A DNA stretch of 23,646 nt from an uncultured virus (IMG/VR IMGVR_UViG_3300046517_001084). Lineage: Duplodnaviria; Heunggongvirae; Uroviricota; Caudoviricetes. Below, piece after piece: positions 8,603-17,245 of the stretch. The notes beneath the pieces were generated by a model, which was not told where the DNA came from, ran no database searches, and worked only from the letters and a program-made list of their open reading frames with translations. How positions within the stretch are numbered: the stretch's first letter is position 1; each line of letters begins with the position of its first letter. The stretch is taken from IMG/VR virus record IMGVR_UViG_3300046517_001084; one strand, 5' to 3'. Made by a program: the position numbers and the translations under genes.

Positions 8603-9525
8603 GCGGCGGTTTCCTTGCTGGTGTAGGGGTTGAGGGAGTAGGTCTTGCCGCCGCGGACGGTGCGGTAGGCGATGCGGCGTTCGCCAACCACGGCCCGCTT
8701 GCCGTCGCCGATGTGGTCGAGGAGGACGCCCTTGGCGGCGGTGAGTTCGGTCTTCGCTCCGGCCATCTGCCGCTGCGCGGTCTCGTAGCGGGCCGCGTCC
8801 TCGGCGGGGATTTCGACGTCGCGGTCTTCCAGGCCGTTGGGCTGGACGCGGATCGTCTGGTACGTGGCATCCGAGCCGTCGATCGGGGGGCGTTCGCCGG
8901 CCTCGACGGTGCGCAGGAACTCCACGGCGGCGTCGCGCATGAGCTTGGCGTCGCCTTCGTCGTAGTCGACGTACAGCTCGCGGTAGTCGCAGCCGCCGAT
9001 CAGGACGCCGACGGGAGTGCGGGCGTGGAGGCCGAGGGTGTCCTGCTGCCAGATGACCTGGCAGCGGTAGTAGATGGGGACTTCGTCGGTTCCGTGCGGG
9101 CCCCAGTCGTCGCCGTAGGGGGACGTTTTGGCTTCGAAGATCCCGATCGGCTGGCCGTCGCTGGCGCCGTCTTCGCGGTGGGCGATGAGGCGGTCCGGGG
9201 TGGCGCGCTGCCAGGGGCGATCGGCGTGCCGCCAGGTCCCGGTCGGCATGAGGAGGTGCTCGGGGTGCTCGTCCTCGTACTTGCCGACTACGGCGGGCTC
9301 CAGCCGGTTGCCCCACTCGATTTGCGGGCTGACCTCGAACGGCGGGGTGGGCAGGCCGGCCTTCTTGTGCCAGAGGCTGAAGCGGGACTGCCACGGGGAG
9401 AGACCCATGACGGCGGCGATCTCGGTGGCCGTAATACAGAGGCCGCCGCGGGCCTGCTCCCACTCCGGGGTACCGGGGGTGAAGTTGCCGAGGAGGACAC
9501 CGGTCGGTGTCTCGATCGCGGTCAC
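8599..9525 (-). CDS. YqaJ/lambda-exonuclease family (RecE-like) exonuclease
   Basis: ITATEIAAVMGLSPW, WGNRLEP, ATPDRL...EAKT, YYRCQVIWQ; GTG start with GTGA overlap. Confidence 0.9.
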   Translation of the reverse strand: MTAIETPTGVLLGNFTPGTPEWEQARGGLCITATEIAAVMGLSPWQSRFSLWHKKAGLPTPPFEVSPQIEWGNRLEPAVVGKYEDEHPEHLLMPTGTWRHADRPWQRATPDRLIAHREDGASDGQPIGIFEAKTSPYGDDWGPHGTDEVPIYYRCQVIWQQDTLGLHARTPVGVLIGGCDYRELYVDYDEGDAKLMRDAAVEFLRTVEAGERPPIDGSDATYQTIRVQPNGLEDRDVEIPAEDAARYETAQRQMAGAKTELTAAKGVLLDHIGDGKRAVVGERRIAYRTVRGGKTYSLNPYTSKETAA

Positions 9526-9770
9526 TGTTCGGCCCCGGCGATCCGCTTCAGCCGATCGATGCCGTCCTCTTCGAGCTTGGCCGCGAGCATGGCCGCGCCA
9601 AGCTCCGGGTAGGCGTCGGCGAGGATTCCGGCGTTGTCGATGTCGGCGGCGTCGAAGGCCTCCATGAGGCGCTGGATGAAGTTCCCCGGCTGGATGGCGC
9701 CCGCGCGTCCGTAGTGCCACAGGACGTGGCGTGCGGTCTCTGGCGGGATGGTGATGTTCTCGGTGCTCAT
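9522..9770 (-). CDS. Hypothetical protein (MSTENITIPPETARHVLWHYG...)
   Basis: GGAG RBS before ATG; overlap with the exonuclease start. Confidence 0.75.
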   Translation of the reverse strand: MSTENITIPPETARHVLWHYGRAGAIQPGNFIQRLMEAFDAADIDNAGILADAYPELGAAMLAAKLEEDGIDRLKRIAGAEQ

Positions 9771-9800
9771 GTGGCGCTCCAGATGGGTGTCGTGTGGTGC

Positions 9801-9844
9801 GGGCCCGGTCCCCGACGGGCGGGGGTTGATCAGGGACCGGGCCC
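9801..9844. other. Intergenic stem-loop with a perfect 12-bp stem
   Basis: GGGCCCGGTCCC-20nt-GGGACCGGGCCC. Confidence 0.6.
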
Positions 9845-9897
9845 TGGGCGGCCGGAGCGGAAAGGGGGGCGCTCGACGGCCGCGTCTATGGGGTGGA

Positions 9898-10923
9898 TCA
9901 GACCGCTGCGGCAGCCTGCTCGGCCTTGCGAGCCTCGTAGTCGTCGTGCCACTTCTGCGGGTCGAAGCCGGCCTCCTTGGCGGCTTCCCACGCGAACTCG
10001 CCGATCTCCCCGTCTTCCAGGTCACCGGCCGTCTCGGCTACGACGGCCTCAGCGGCCCGCGGGTCCGCGTTGTACAGGGCGTCCAGGTAGCGGTAGGACA
10101 TCCAGGCGTGGACCGCCGACAGGCAGTGGGCGAGGAACTCGTCGGGCTTGTCCTGCGACTTCCCGCGCATGTCCCACACCGACTGGAGTGCCGTGTGCAG
10201 CAGCGACTCGCCGGTCTCGCGAATGTCTACGGTCACCTCGTAGCGCGGCCGGTCCTCCTGGAAGGCCGCCCCGTTCATGTCGGCGTCCTTGGAGCCTGCG
10301 TCGAGGGTCCACAGCCACGACAGGTGGGCGCCCTCGAACGACTCCTCTTTGCACGGGTAGATCCCGGCGTATCGGGCGGGCATCAGGGCGCCGATGAAGT
10401 CCTCGGCGAAGATGACGGCGGGCTTTTCGTCGGCAGTGAAGCGGACACGGAGGATGCCGCCGGTGTTGAACCGGGACAGGTAACCGGAGTTGACGCAGGG
10501 GAACAGGTCGCCATCAACGGTGTTCTCGACCATGTTGCGGAGCAGGCCCCGCCAGTCCGGGTACTCCAGGCCTGTGTTGACAGTGATGCTGAGGTCGGTC
10601 TGCGGGCCCTCGAAGACGAGCCGGTCCCCGGCGGTGCTGATCGTGATGAGGCCCGCGCCCTTCATGGTGTCGATCCACTCGCGCAGGGAACGCAGGTGCT
10701 CTGCGGGAAGGGTGCGCGCCCACGGCTCCTGGTCGAGGTCGCCGTGGTTGAGCTGGTAGCGGGCGGCGGCGAGCGTGTACCGGTCGGAGGCGACGGCGTA
10801 CAGGTACTTGGCGTCGACGTCGAGGCGGATGCCGTGCAGCGGTTCGATGTACTCGCCGCCCATGTGGTTGGCGGTCTTGTCGAGGAGGAGTTGCAGTTGG
10901 CGGGCGTTGATCGTTACGGACAC
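9898..10923 (-). CDS. DNA polymerase III beta-clamp-like protein with extra C-terminal domain
   Basis: LHGIRL...AVASDRYTLA, EYPDWRGLL and VNSGYL resemble DnaN middle/C-terminal motifs; AGGAG RBS. Confidence 0.65.
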   Translation of the reverse strand: MSVTINARQLQLLLDKTANHMGGEYIEPLHGIRLDVDAKYLYAVASDRYTLAAARYQLNHGDLDQEPWARTLPAEHLRSLREWIDTMKGAGLITISTAGDRLVFEGPQTDLSITVNTGLEYPDWRGLLRNMVENTVDGDLFPCVNSGYLSRFNTGGILRVRFTADEKPAVIFAEDFIGALMPARYAGIYPCKEESFEGAHLSWLWTLDAGSKDADMNGAAFQEDRPRYEVTVDIRETGESLLHTALQSVWDMRGKSQDKPDEFLAHCLSAVHAWMSYRYLDALYNADPRAAEAVVAETAGDLEDGEIGEFAWEAAKEAGFDPQKWHDDYEARKAEQAAAAV

Positions 10924-10955
10924 GAGATCTCCTGATGAGAGATGCTGGTTGGTGA

Positions 10956-10984
10956 GCCCCGCCCGAATTCGCCTCGGGCGGGGC
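10956..10984. other. Intergenic stem-loop with an 11-bp stem
   Basis: GCCCCGCCCGA-ATTCGCC-TCGGGCGGGGC. Confidence 0.6.
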
Positions 10985-11046
10985 GGTGGTTGTGGCCCGC
11001 CGGTGTCGGGGGACGCGGCACCGCGACCCGGCGGGAGACGGTGGGG

Positions 11047-11793
11047 TCAGCAGATGACGAGCGCGGACAGACGGAGCGCGGCGGCCTCGGCATATGGTTC
11101 GTGGGCTTCGATCCCGATACCGCGCCGTCCCGCCTGACGGGCAGCGTCGAGGGTGCTGCCCGAGCCGGCGAACGGATCGACGACCAGGCCGCCCTCGGGG
11201 CACGCGTACTTGATCAGCGGATCGAGGATGCCGATCGGCTTCTCCGTCGGATGGACTGCCCGGTTGTTCATCGACTGCGCCGGGATGACCGATCGCATCA
11301 ACCTCGATCCGGTCTCCGTCCATCGCCGAGCAGCCCCGTAATTGCCCGTGTGCTGGGGCTGGCTGGTACGCACGGCGGATCCGTTGCGGGCGATCTGCGC
11401 AGCCGTTGCCTGGGTGCGTGGTGTCTCGTGGTGCACGTCGCCCCACGGCCCTCGGTACCAGTGCAGGGTGTGCTCATGGACCCGCCGAAAGCGGTCTGTC
11501 GTCGCGCCGGACCCGTTGCTTTTTTCCCAGACGAGGTCCTGGGAGAGCTTCCATGCCGTGAACTGGTCGCGGCGATCGAGGAACATGCGCATCGACCCGA
11601 AGCACCACATCGACGACGCGACCGTCGCCGCCAGGGTCGGCCAGCCATCCGGCCACCGATCCCAGGCGAGACTCGTCTCGGCATAGGGCGGATCTGCGAC
11701 CAGCAGATCGGCTGTGAGGTCAAGTGCCGGGATGACTTCGCGCATGTCGCCGAGGTACAGAGCGACTTGATCGTCTGCGTAGTACGGCTTCAT
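11047..11793 (-). CDS. DNA adenine-N6/cytosine-N4 methyltransferase, beta class
   Basis: Catalytic DPPY precedes HPTEKP and SAM-binding VVDPFAGSGST...GIGIE. Confidence 0.92.
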   Translation of the reverse strand: MKPYYADDQVALYLGDMREVIPALDLTADLLVADPPYAETSLAWDRWPDGWPTLAATVASSMWCFGSMRMFLDRRDQFTAWKLSQDLVWEKSNGSGATTDRFRRVHEHTLHWYRGPWGDVHHETPRTQATAAQIARNGSAVRTSQPQHTGNYGAARRWTETGSRLMRSVIPAQSMNNRAVHPTEKPIGILDPLIKYACPEGGLVVDPFAGSGSTLDAARQAGRRGIGIEAHEPYAEAAALRLSALVIC

Positions 11794-12098
11794 CGGACAC
11801 CCGCCTCAAGCCGGTCCGCCGCGGCGAACAGGGCGGCCCGCACGTCGGCGATGCTGCGGCCGGCGGCCCATTCGTCAACAGTCGTGTCGTCGTCGGCGTC
11901 GGTGCTGTCGGGGTTGAGGTAGTGCTGGAGCCGGTACTCAGCTTCTTCGGCCAGCAGTGAGGCGTCGGTGTCCTCGAACGGCATGCGCGCGTCGGGGTGG
12001 CCGAGGGTGAGGGCGCGGATGCAGCCGACCGGGTCCGGGCCGTGTACAAGGGTGAGGCCGGCGGCTTGGCGCAGGATGCGGATGACGTCGTCCATCAC
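11790..12098 (-). CDS. Hypothetical protein (DUF6197-like pattern)
   Basis: ILRQAA...GCIRAL...VDEWAAGRSIADVRAALFAAA; coupled overlaps. Confidence 0.7.
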   Translation of the reverse strand: MMDDVIRILRQAAGLTLVHGPDPVGCIRALTLGHPDARMPFEDTDASLLAEEAEYRLQHYLNPDSTDADDDTTVDEWAAGRSIADVRAALFAAADRLEAGVR

Positions 12099-12514
12099 GC
12101 CACCCCCTGTACGAGCTGGTCGGCGAGGACGGGCAGCGCGAGCGTGTCGGTGTCCGGTACGGCCCAGGCGGGGACGTGCGGCGCTTCGGCGGTCTGCGGC
12201 AGTTCGGCTCGCGGAATGTTCTGCGTGGTCTCTGCCGACTTCGCAGAGGGATCGTTGGCTTGCCGCTTGAGCTCCCGGATCGTCGTGTCGCGGGCTTCGA
12301 CGAGGCCTGTGCTGACGTCCAGTTGCTGCGTCAGGTCGCGGACTTGTTCGGCGAGCTGGTCCTTCTCCTCATTCAGGCGCCGGTTGGTCTGAGCGGACCG
12401 GTGGAGCCGCTCCTTGTACCGCTGGCATTCGCTGCGAGCGGCGTCGCGGTCGTGCCGCAGGCGGGTGCGGGTGTAGCGGCGCAGGCCGCGGCCGGCGAAC
12501 GGGTTGATCGTCAC
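12095..12514 (-). CDS. Hypothetical coiled-coil protein (VTINPFAGRG...)
   Basis: GTGA overlaps; heptad-like central region. Confidence 0.7.
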   Translation of the reverse strand: MTINPFAGRGLRRYTRTRLRHDRDAARSECQRYKERLHRSAQTNRRLNEEKDQLAEQVRDLTQQLDVSTGLVEARDTTIRELKRQANDPSAKSAETTQNIPRAELPQTAEAPHVPAWAVPDTDTLALPVLADQLVQGVA

Positions 12515-12693
12515 GGCTGCTCCCATCCGAGGCTCGGGTCGATGGTGCTGAGGTCGCGGCCCCTTGCTGCGGCGTAGGCGATCCGCAGGTCGGCCTGACT
12601 GGTGGCGGCGTCGGCGATGGCAACCGGGTCGGTGGACCACAGGGCGCCGGGGTTCAGGCGGAGACGGAGCTCGGCCAGCTGCTGGAGGGTCAC
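12511..12693 (-). CDS. Small hypothetical protein
   Basis: GGAGGAG RBS; GTGA overlaps on both sides. Confidence 0.65.
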   Translation of the reverse strand: MTLQQLAELRLRLNPGALWSTDPVAIADAATSQADLRIAYAAARGRDLSTIDPSLGWEQP

Positions 12694-12833
12694 CACGGCT
12701 CCTCCTCGGAGGCGCGGTCGGCGTCGGCCTGTTCGGCGTAGCGCGCGTCGTCGGCTGCGTCGAGAGCGAATTCGTCGGCGCGGTCGTACTCGGCGATCTC
12801 GTCGGCGTTCGTCATGTCGTCGCGGTCGGTCAC
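12690..12833 (-). CDS. Small very acidic protein (VTDRDDMTNADEIAEYD...)
   Basis: GTGA overlaps; AGGGGG RBS. Confidence 0.6.
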   Translation of the reverse strand: MTDRDDMTNADEIAEYDRADEFALDAADDARYAEQADADRASEEEPW

Positions 12834-12901
12834 TGGTCGTCCCCCTGGTTCTGGTGCGGGATGGCGGGCGGCGCGATGGACGGCCACGGGTTGCCGGTCA
12901 T
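12830..12901 (-). CDS. 23-aa micro-ORF MTGNPWPSIAPPAIPHQNQGDDQ
   Basis: Exactly bridges the gap with ATGA and GTGA overlaps; GAGGT RBS. Confidence 0.5.
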   Translation of the reverse strand: MTGNPWPSIAPPAIPHQNQGDDQ

Positions 12902-13146
12902 GCGGTCACCTCGTGCTCGGTGAGGGCGGCCGTGAGGTCGGGCGCCACGTCGATCACGTCGTTGCTCTGGCGGCGGGGCCCGTCCGCGAGACCGAGGCCG
13001 ACGGAGATGTCGTCGTTCTCCTTGCGGAGCCGGGTGTTCTCGGCGTCGAGCCGTGCGAGCTGCCGCTCTCGGATACTCAGCTCCGCGTTGACTGCTCGGA
13101 GTTCGCCCTGGAGTCGGACAAGCTCCGCGGTGAGGTCAGTCGTCAT
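12898..13146 (-). CDS. Small coiled-coil protein (MTTDLTAELVRLQGEL...)
   Basis: Overlaps both neighbours; heptad pattern. Confidence 0.68.
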   Translation of the reverse strand: MTTDLTAELVRLQGELRAVNAELSIRERQLARLDAENTRLRKENDDISVGLGLADGPRRQSNDVIDVAPDLTAALTEHEVTA

Positions 13147-13702
13147 CACGCTCACCGGCCTCGGCTGCGGCGAGAAAGGCCGGGTCGCTCGGCAGATCGG
13201 CCAGCGACCAGGACGCCACCAACCGAACCGGCGCGTACCCGTCGCGGCCCGCAAGGGCGGCGAAACGGCCGTCGGAGTGGGGTTCCTTTTGGAAGCCGAC
13301 GTAGACCTCCAGCGCCTGCGCGTCGAAGTCGACGACGTAACCCCACTCGGCGCACAGCGAGTCGGCGGGGAATTCGGATGCGTCCTCGATGGCCCCGGCC
13401 GCGAGCATGGCCGCGCAGTCGCCTTGGGTTTCGCGCAGGAGCTGATACCAGGTGGGACCGCCCGCGCCGCCCACGTTGCGGTTGGTGAACGGCGCGAGAC
13501 GCTCGACGTCCGTCTGTGTCGGGGTGTCACTGTCGGAGACCACGCGAAGCGCCCGAGCCGCGATCGCCGCAGCGTGCAGATCTGCCGACCGTGCCCACCC
13601 GAGGATGTTGAGTCCCAAGCAGTCGGGGTACGAGTCGTGATGGATGTACGCGGTCTTGGTCTCGCCGTCGACGGCGAAGGAAACGAATCCTCGGGTGTCC
13701 AT
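13136..13702 (-). CDS. Conserved hypothetical phage protein
   Basis: MDTRG...YIHHDSYP..LG N-terminus and EWGYVVDFD motif resemble a common phage family; function unknown. Confidence 0.8.
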   Translation of the reverse strand: MDTRGFVSFAVDGETKTAYIHHDSYPDCLGLNILGWARSADLHAAAIAARALRVVSDSDTPTQTDVERLAPFTNRNVGGAGGPTWYQLLRETQGDCAAMLAAGAIEDASEFPADSLCAEWGYVVDFDAQALEVYVGFQKEPHSDGRFAALAGRDGYAPVRLVASWSLADLPSDPAFLAAAEAGERDDD

Positions 13703-13818
13703 CAGATCCCCCCAGTGGAGTTGGTCGAACGGAGTCGGTGGCCTGCCCAGAAGCAGGCGGCGGAGAAGGTCCAGGCGGCGGCCCAGGCGGCCAGGGCTTG
13801 GGTGGCGAAGCGGGTCAC
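13702..13818 (-). CDS. 38-aa hydrophobic peptide (VTRFATQALAAWAAAWTFSAACFWAG...)
   Basis: GTGA and TGATG overlaps; GGAG RBS; single transmembrane-like segment. Confidence 0.55.
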   Translation of the reverse strand: MTRFATQALAAWAAAWTFSAACFWAGHRLRSTNSTGGI

Positions 13819-14120
13819 GAGGCGGCTCCGCACGTGTTGCAGGTGAAGCCCTCGGGAGGGCTGCTTTTACATGCCGGGCAGGCCACCAGCTGACAGCGGA
13901 CTAGGACCGAGAGCAGGTCTGTGTTGAGGGCTTCGGTCGCCGTGACCAAGTGGTCGACCGAAACCTCCTTGCGGCGGCCGGATTCCAGGTTGGCGAGCAC
14001 CGTGCGCTGCACCGTGTAGCCCAGCTCGGTCATCCGGTCGGCCAAGTGCTGGGCCGAAACGCCCTGTTCCTGGCGCATCTCTCGCAGCACCGAGATCACT
14101 GTCGCGGAGATGGAGAGCAT
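13815..14120 (-). CDS. XRE-family HTH protein with C-terminal Zn ribbon
   Basis: LREMRQEQGVSAQHLADRM...VLANLESGRR; CPAC...CNTC. Confidence 0.82.
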   Translation of the reverse strand: MLSISATVISVLREMRQEQGVSAQHLADRMTELGYTVQRTVLANLESGRRKEVSVDHLVTATEALNTDLLSVLVRCQLVACPACKSSPPEGFTCNTCGAAS

Positions 14121-14356
14121 CACCGGACCGCCGCCTGTCGCCCGCTGTGCCCCATGTAGTCGCGAGGCTTCGCGGTCTGGGCCCGCCACGAGGCGAGGCC
14201 CTCGATGAAGCCGGCGATCTGTGCGGCCGTCATGCCGGTCAGGCGCGGCTCTTCGCCGGACTGAGCACATTTACGGCCCTTGGCGTAGTTGGCCATGAAG
14301 GCGGCCGAGCTCTTCGACTTCCGCGACCGGGCCTCGGCGATGGCGAAGGCACTCAT
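14120..14356 (-). CDS. Hypothetical protein
   Basis: Coupled overlaps in the operon. Confidence 0.65.
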   Translation of the reverse strand: MSAFAIAEARSRKSKSSAAFMANYAKGRKCAQSGEEPRLTGMTAAQIAGFIEGLASWRAQTAKPRDYMGHSGRQAAVR

Positions 14357-14535
14357 GCCGCCACCTGCCTCGGGTCGCCGAACGGCAGGCCGGGGCAGAG
14401 GTGAGGCCCGGAGCCGCGGGCCTCGAATGCTTCGATGTACGCCCCTTCGTTGTCCCGCTGGAGCTGCACCAGGCGCTCCGTCAGCCGGGCTACGAGCTCC
14501 TTACAGACGCGCAGTTCGCGCTCGGTGTCGTTCAT
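14353..14535 (-). CDS. Hypothetical protein
   Basis: ATGA overlaps on both sides. Confidence 0.68.
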   Translation of the reverse strand: MNDTERELRVCKELVARLTERLVQLQRDNEGAYIEAFEARGSGPHLCPGLPFGDPRQVAA

Positions 14536-14930
14536 GCCGCCACCGCCAGAAGGGGGGCCGAGAACATGAAGTCGATGTCGGCAGCGGCCGACTCGAAAGC
14601 GGCGATGACCTCGGCGGCGGTGCGCCCGTCCTGGTCGTTCCAGTCGGCGATCCGCTCCTCCGGATCGGCATCGCCGACCATCGAGTGAATGCGCGAAGCC
14701 AGGAACGTCACCGCGGCCTGGTACAGCTCCGGGCAGTCCACGAGATCAGCCGGCGGAACCGCATCTCCCGTGATGACCAGGGACAGAGCACCGGTTGCGT
14801 CCACGGGAACCGTCTGCCGGGTTCGGGTGAGGAGGAGCGCCCCGTTGAGATAGCCGCCCTGGTGGTGGCCGTTCGCGCGGATCACGTCAGCCGCCTCGCG
14901 GTACACGGCCGCGAGCTTCGGATTGCTCAT
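14532..14930 (-). CDS. DUF6197-like actinophage protein
   Basis: YREAADVIRANGHHQG...IADWNDQDGRTAAEVIAAFESAA pattern. Confidence 0.75.
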   Translation of the reverse strand: MSNPKLAAVYREAADVIRANGHHQGGYLNGALLLTRTRQTVPVDATGALSLVITGDAVPPADLVDCPELYQAAVTFLASRIHSMVGDADPEERIADWNDQDGRTAAEVIAAFESAAADIDFMFSAPLLAVAA

Positions 14931-15145
14931 GCCGCCACCGCCTTGAGTGCCGTCTGCTGGCGGCGGATGTTCGCGAGGTCCAGCGCCGCCTGGGCGATCG
15001 CTTCGAGAACCTCCGGGGACGCCTGGGTGGCGTGGAGGATGACCGGGCCGATCACCAGCCAGCTGAACTCCCGGTCGGTCCCGACGTACACGGAGTCCGG
15101 GTCGCCTTCGATGTGGGCTGTGACCTGCGTGATGTGCGCGCTCAT
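14927..15145 (-). CDS. Hypothetical protein (MSAHITQVTAHIEGD...)
   Basis: ATGA overlaps on both sides. Confidence 0.68.
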   Translation of the reverse strand: MSAHITQVTAHIEGDPDSVYVGTDREFSWLVIGPVILHATQASPEVLEAIAQAALDLANIRRQQTALKAVAA

Positions 15146-15405
15146 GACGTGCCCTTCGTGCGGGTGTTCTCGCTCTTCGCGATGAGTTCGGCGAGGCGCT
15201 CCGCCCAGCCGGGATAGACGGAGGCATCCGTCGTGCACGCCTCCGGGTTTTCGATCAGGAACAGGTCGCCCGCGTAGGCGATCTGATCCGACGGGGAATG
15301 CGACGCCTTGAACGCGTCCCGCAGCACCTGGCACCGCGCCTCAACCTCAGCGGCGGGCACGTCCCAGTCCTGCTTGCTGCGCGGCGGGATACCGATGTCC
15401 GTCAT
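15142..15405 (-). CDS. Hypothetical protein (MTDIGIPPRSKQDW...)
   Basis: ATGA overlaps on both sides. Confidence 0.68.
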   Translation of the reverse strand: MTDIGIPPRSKQDWDVPAAEVEARCQVLRDAFKASHSPSDQIAYAGDLFLIENPEACTTDASVYPGWAERLAELIAKSENTRTKGTS

Positions 15406-16031
15406 GACGTCACCGCCTTCGGGGTGGCGAGCGCGGTCAGGCCGTAGCGGGAGACCTTGTCGTAGAGGCGGATTCCGGCGACGATCGCGTAGCAGGCCCA
15501 CAGGAAGTGCGGGTCGTAGTCGCGGAAGTCCCACTCCCACACGTCGTGGAACTCGTAGCCCTTGTGTGCGAAGTCCTCGACGATCCGGGCGGCCTCCTGC
15601 TTGTCGCTCAAGTCCTCGTTCAGGACCCAGGTCCGCAATGCCTTGCCTGTGCCGGCGGGCACGCCGCCCCAACGGGCGTCGCTCACGAACTGCTCGACGA
15701 CGCATCGCCGGAGCACGTCCTCGGAGTACTCCTTGACGGAGGCCCGGCCACCGCCGAGCTTCTCGGCCCAGTAGTGCGGGTTGATGCCCCAGTCCCGATC
15801 CGAGCGGAAGAATTCGAACATGTCCGCGAGCCGGGCGAAGGTGTAGCCGTCGCCGACGTCCCCGCGCATGGTCAGGCAGCCGGGCCAGGTCACCAGGTCA
15901 AACCAGTACTCGCTGGACCTCCGAGCCCTGAACCGCAGGTGTCGGTACAGGCCGTCGTCGTGCAGGACCGTCATCTCGTGACCGGCCGTATCCCGGGCGA
16001 ACCGAGCAGCGATCTCCGGGTAGGCGCTCAT
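15402..16031 (-). CDS. Conserved hypothetical phage protein
   Basis: HEMTVLHDDGLYRHLRF...YWFDLVTWPG.L...GD...F.R..DMFEFFR...INPHYWAEK resembles a widespread phage family. Confidence 0.82.
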   Translation of the reverse strand: MSAYPEIAARFARDTAGHEMTVLHDDGLYRHLRFRARRSSEYWFDLVTWPGCLTMRGDVGDGYTFARLADMFEFFRSDRDWGINPHYWAEKLGGGRASVKEYSEDVLRRCVVEQFVSDARWGGVPAGTGKALRTWVLNEDLSDKQEAARIVEDFAHKGYEFHDVWEWDFRDYDPHFLWACYAIVAGIRLYDKVSRYGLTALATPKAVTS

Positions 16032-16297
16032 CGCGCACCTGCCTCGGGCGCCGGGCACGGAACGCTGCCGCCCTGGCACTGGCACAGGCCCTCACGGGCG
16101 ACCATCACGGCCTGCCCCCAGGACAGCGACGCGTGGCGCTTGCCCAGGAGTTCGAAGTCGGCGGCGATCTCGGCGCGAACCGCCGTGCGTACCGCCTTGT
16201 AGAAGGCGGCCAGCAGATCGGATGCTGTATCGGCGGGGATGTCATGGTCGATGGAGTCGACCAGCTGCTTGAACTCGGGAGTGGTCGCGATGCTCAT
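16028..16297 (-). CDS. Hypothetical protein
   Basis: ATGA overlaps on both sides. Confidence 0.68.
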   Translation of the reverse strand: MSIATTPEFKQLVDSIDHDIPADTASDLLAAFYKAVRTAVRAEIAADFELLGKRHASLSWGQAVMVAREGLCQCQGGSVPCPAPEAGAR

Positions 16298-16557
16298 CGC
16301 GCACCGCCGTCTCCGAGGGCGGCGAGGATCCGACGGATCTCGCCAGCCGGGATCTCCGCGTCGTCGTGCAGCTCGTAGCCGTCCGTCGTGGACAGAAGGG
16401 CCCTCTCGGCCTCAGCCAGCACCTCGGACCGGTGCTCGGCGCGGCTGACGCGTCCGCGAACCGTGCTGACCTTGATGAAGTCCAGCAGCAGATACTTCGC
16501 CTGCTCCGTGCCGATCTCCGGCGCGAGCAGCGTGATCAGGGAGTCGGCGACAGTCAT
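16294..16557 (-). CDS. Hypothetical protein
   Basis: ATGA overlaps on both sides. Confidence 0.68.
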   Translation of the reverse strand: MTVADSLITLLAPEIGTEQAKYLLLDFIKVSTVRGRVSRAEHRSEVLAEAERALLSTTDGYELHDDAEIPAGEIRRILAALGDGGAR

Positions 16558-16817
16558 GACAGGCCGCCCGTCGTCGAGCGATTCATCGACGGCACCGAGT
16601 GCAGGATCTTGTCCGCCGCGGCATACCGGGCCAGGACCGTCTCGCGGTCACCCTGGTCCTCGACCGACAACACCGGGCCGCGGAACCGGCGAAGCTCACG
16701 CTCCGCGTCATCCACCGCCAGCAGCGCCTCCGAGACGCGCGGCGAGAGCAGACGGGCCTGGAACTGGCCCACAGCCAGCGGGATTGAGACGGGTGGGGTA
16801 GGAGATGATGAAGACAT
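16554..16817 (-). CDS. Hypothetical protein
   Basis: AGAGGA RBS before ATG; ATGA overlap downstream. Confidence 0.7.
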   Translation of the reverse strand: MSSSSPTPPVSIPLAVGQFQARLLSPRVSEALLAVDDAERELRRFRGPVLSVEDQGDRETVLARYAAADKILHSVPSMNRSTTGGLS

Positions 16818-16943
16818 CGGGTCCTCTTCTCTTGCAGATGGGTTGCAGGAGTTCCGGGGGAACTCGAAGGGCCGTCCGTCGGAGGTCAGAGCCCGGCGGC
16901 GGCCCGCATAGCCGCCTAGGCGGCGGGGGCGGCAGGCTTCGTC

Positions 16944-17243
16944 TCAGGCGACGGCGCGGGCCGGCTTGCGGGATACGACCGCTTCCGGCGGGCGGGATTC
17001 GTTTTCCTGCTCCGGGTCCGGCGCCATGGCGGCCTGGTACTGGCCTTCGAGGTAAGCGTCGAGGTCGGAGATCTTGTAGGCGATGAAGCGGCGGCCGATC
17101 GGGAAACCCTTCGGGCCGGGCTCCTTGCCGAGGACTCGCCACTTGCGGAGGGTGTGGTAGGCGACGCCTAGGTAGGAGGCGGCGTCTTCGATCCAGAGGC
17201 AGCCCTCGGGTGCCTTCTGCTTGGGTCCCTTCCTGTTGTGCAC
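16944..17243 (-). CDS. AlpA/MerR-like HTH, putative excisionase (recombination directionality factor)
   Basis: LWIEDAASYLGVAYHTLRKWR...GP.....GRR..AY..SDLDAYL; AAGGAG RBS; second gene of the early operon. Confidence 0.8.
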   Translation of the reverse strand: MHNRKGPKQKAPEGCLWIEDAASYLGVAYHTLRKWRVLGKEPGPKGFPIGRRFIAYKISDLDAYLEGQYQAAMAPDPEQENESRPPEAVVSRKPARAVA

Positions 17244-17245
17244 GG

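Noticed and set aside
1878..11793. Methyltransferases plus GIY-YIG as a restriction-modification system
   Set aside because: The MTases look like orphan phage early-operon enzymes, and the nuclease belongs to a separately promoted cassette.
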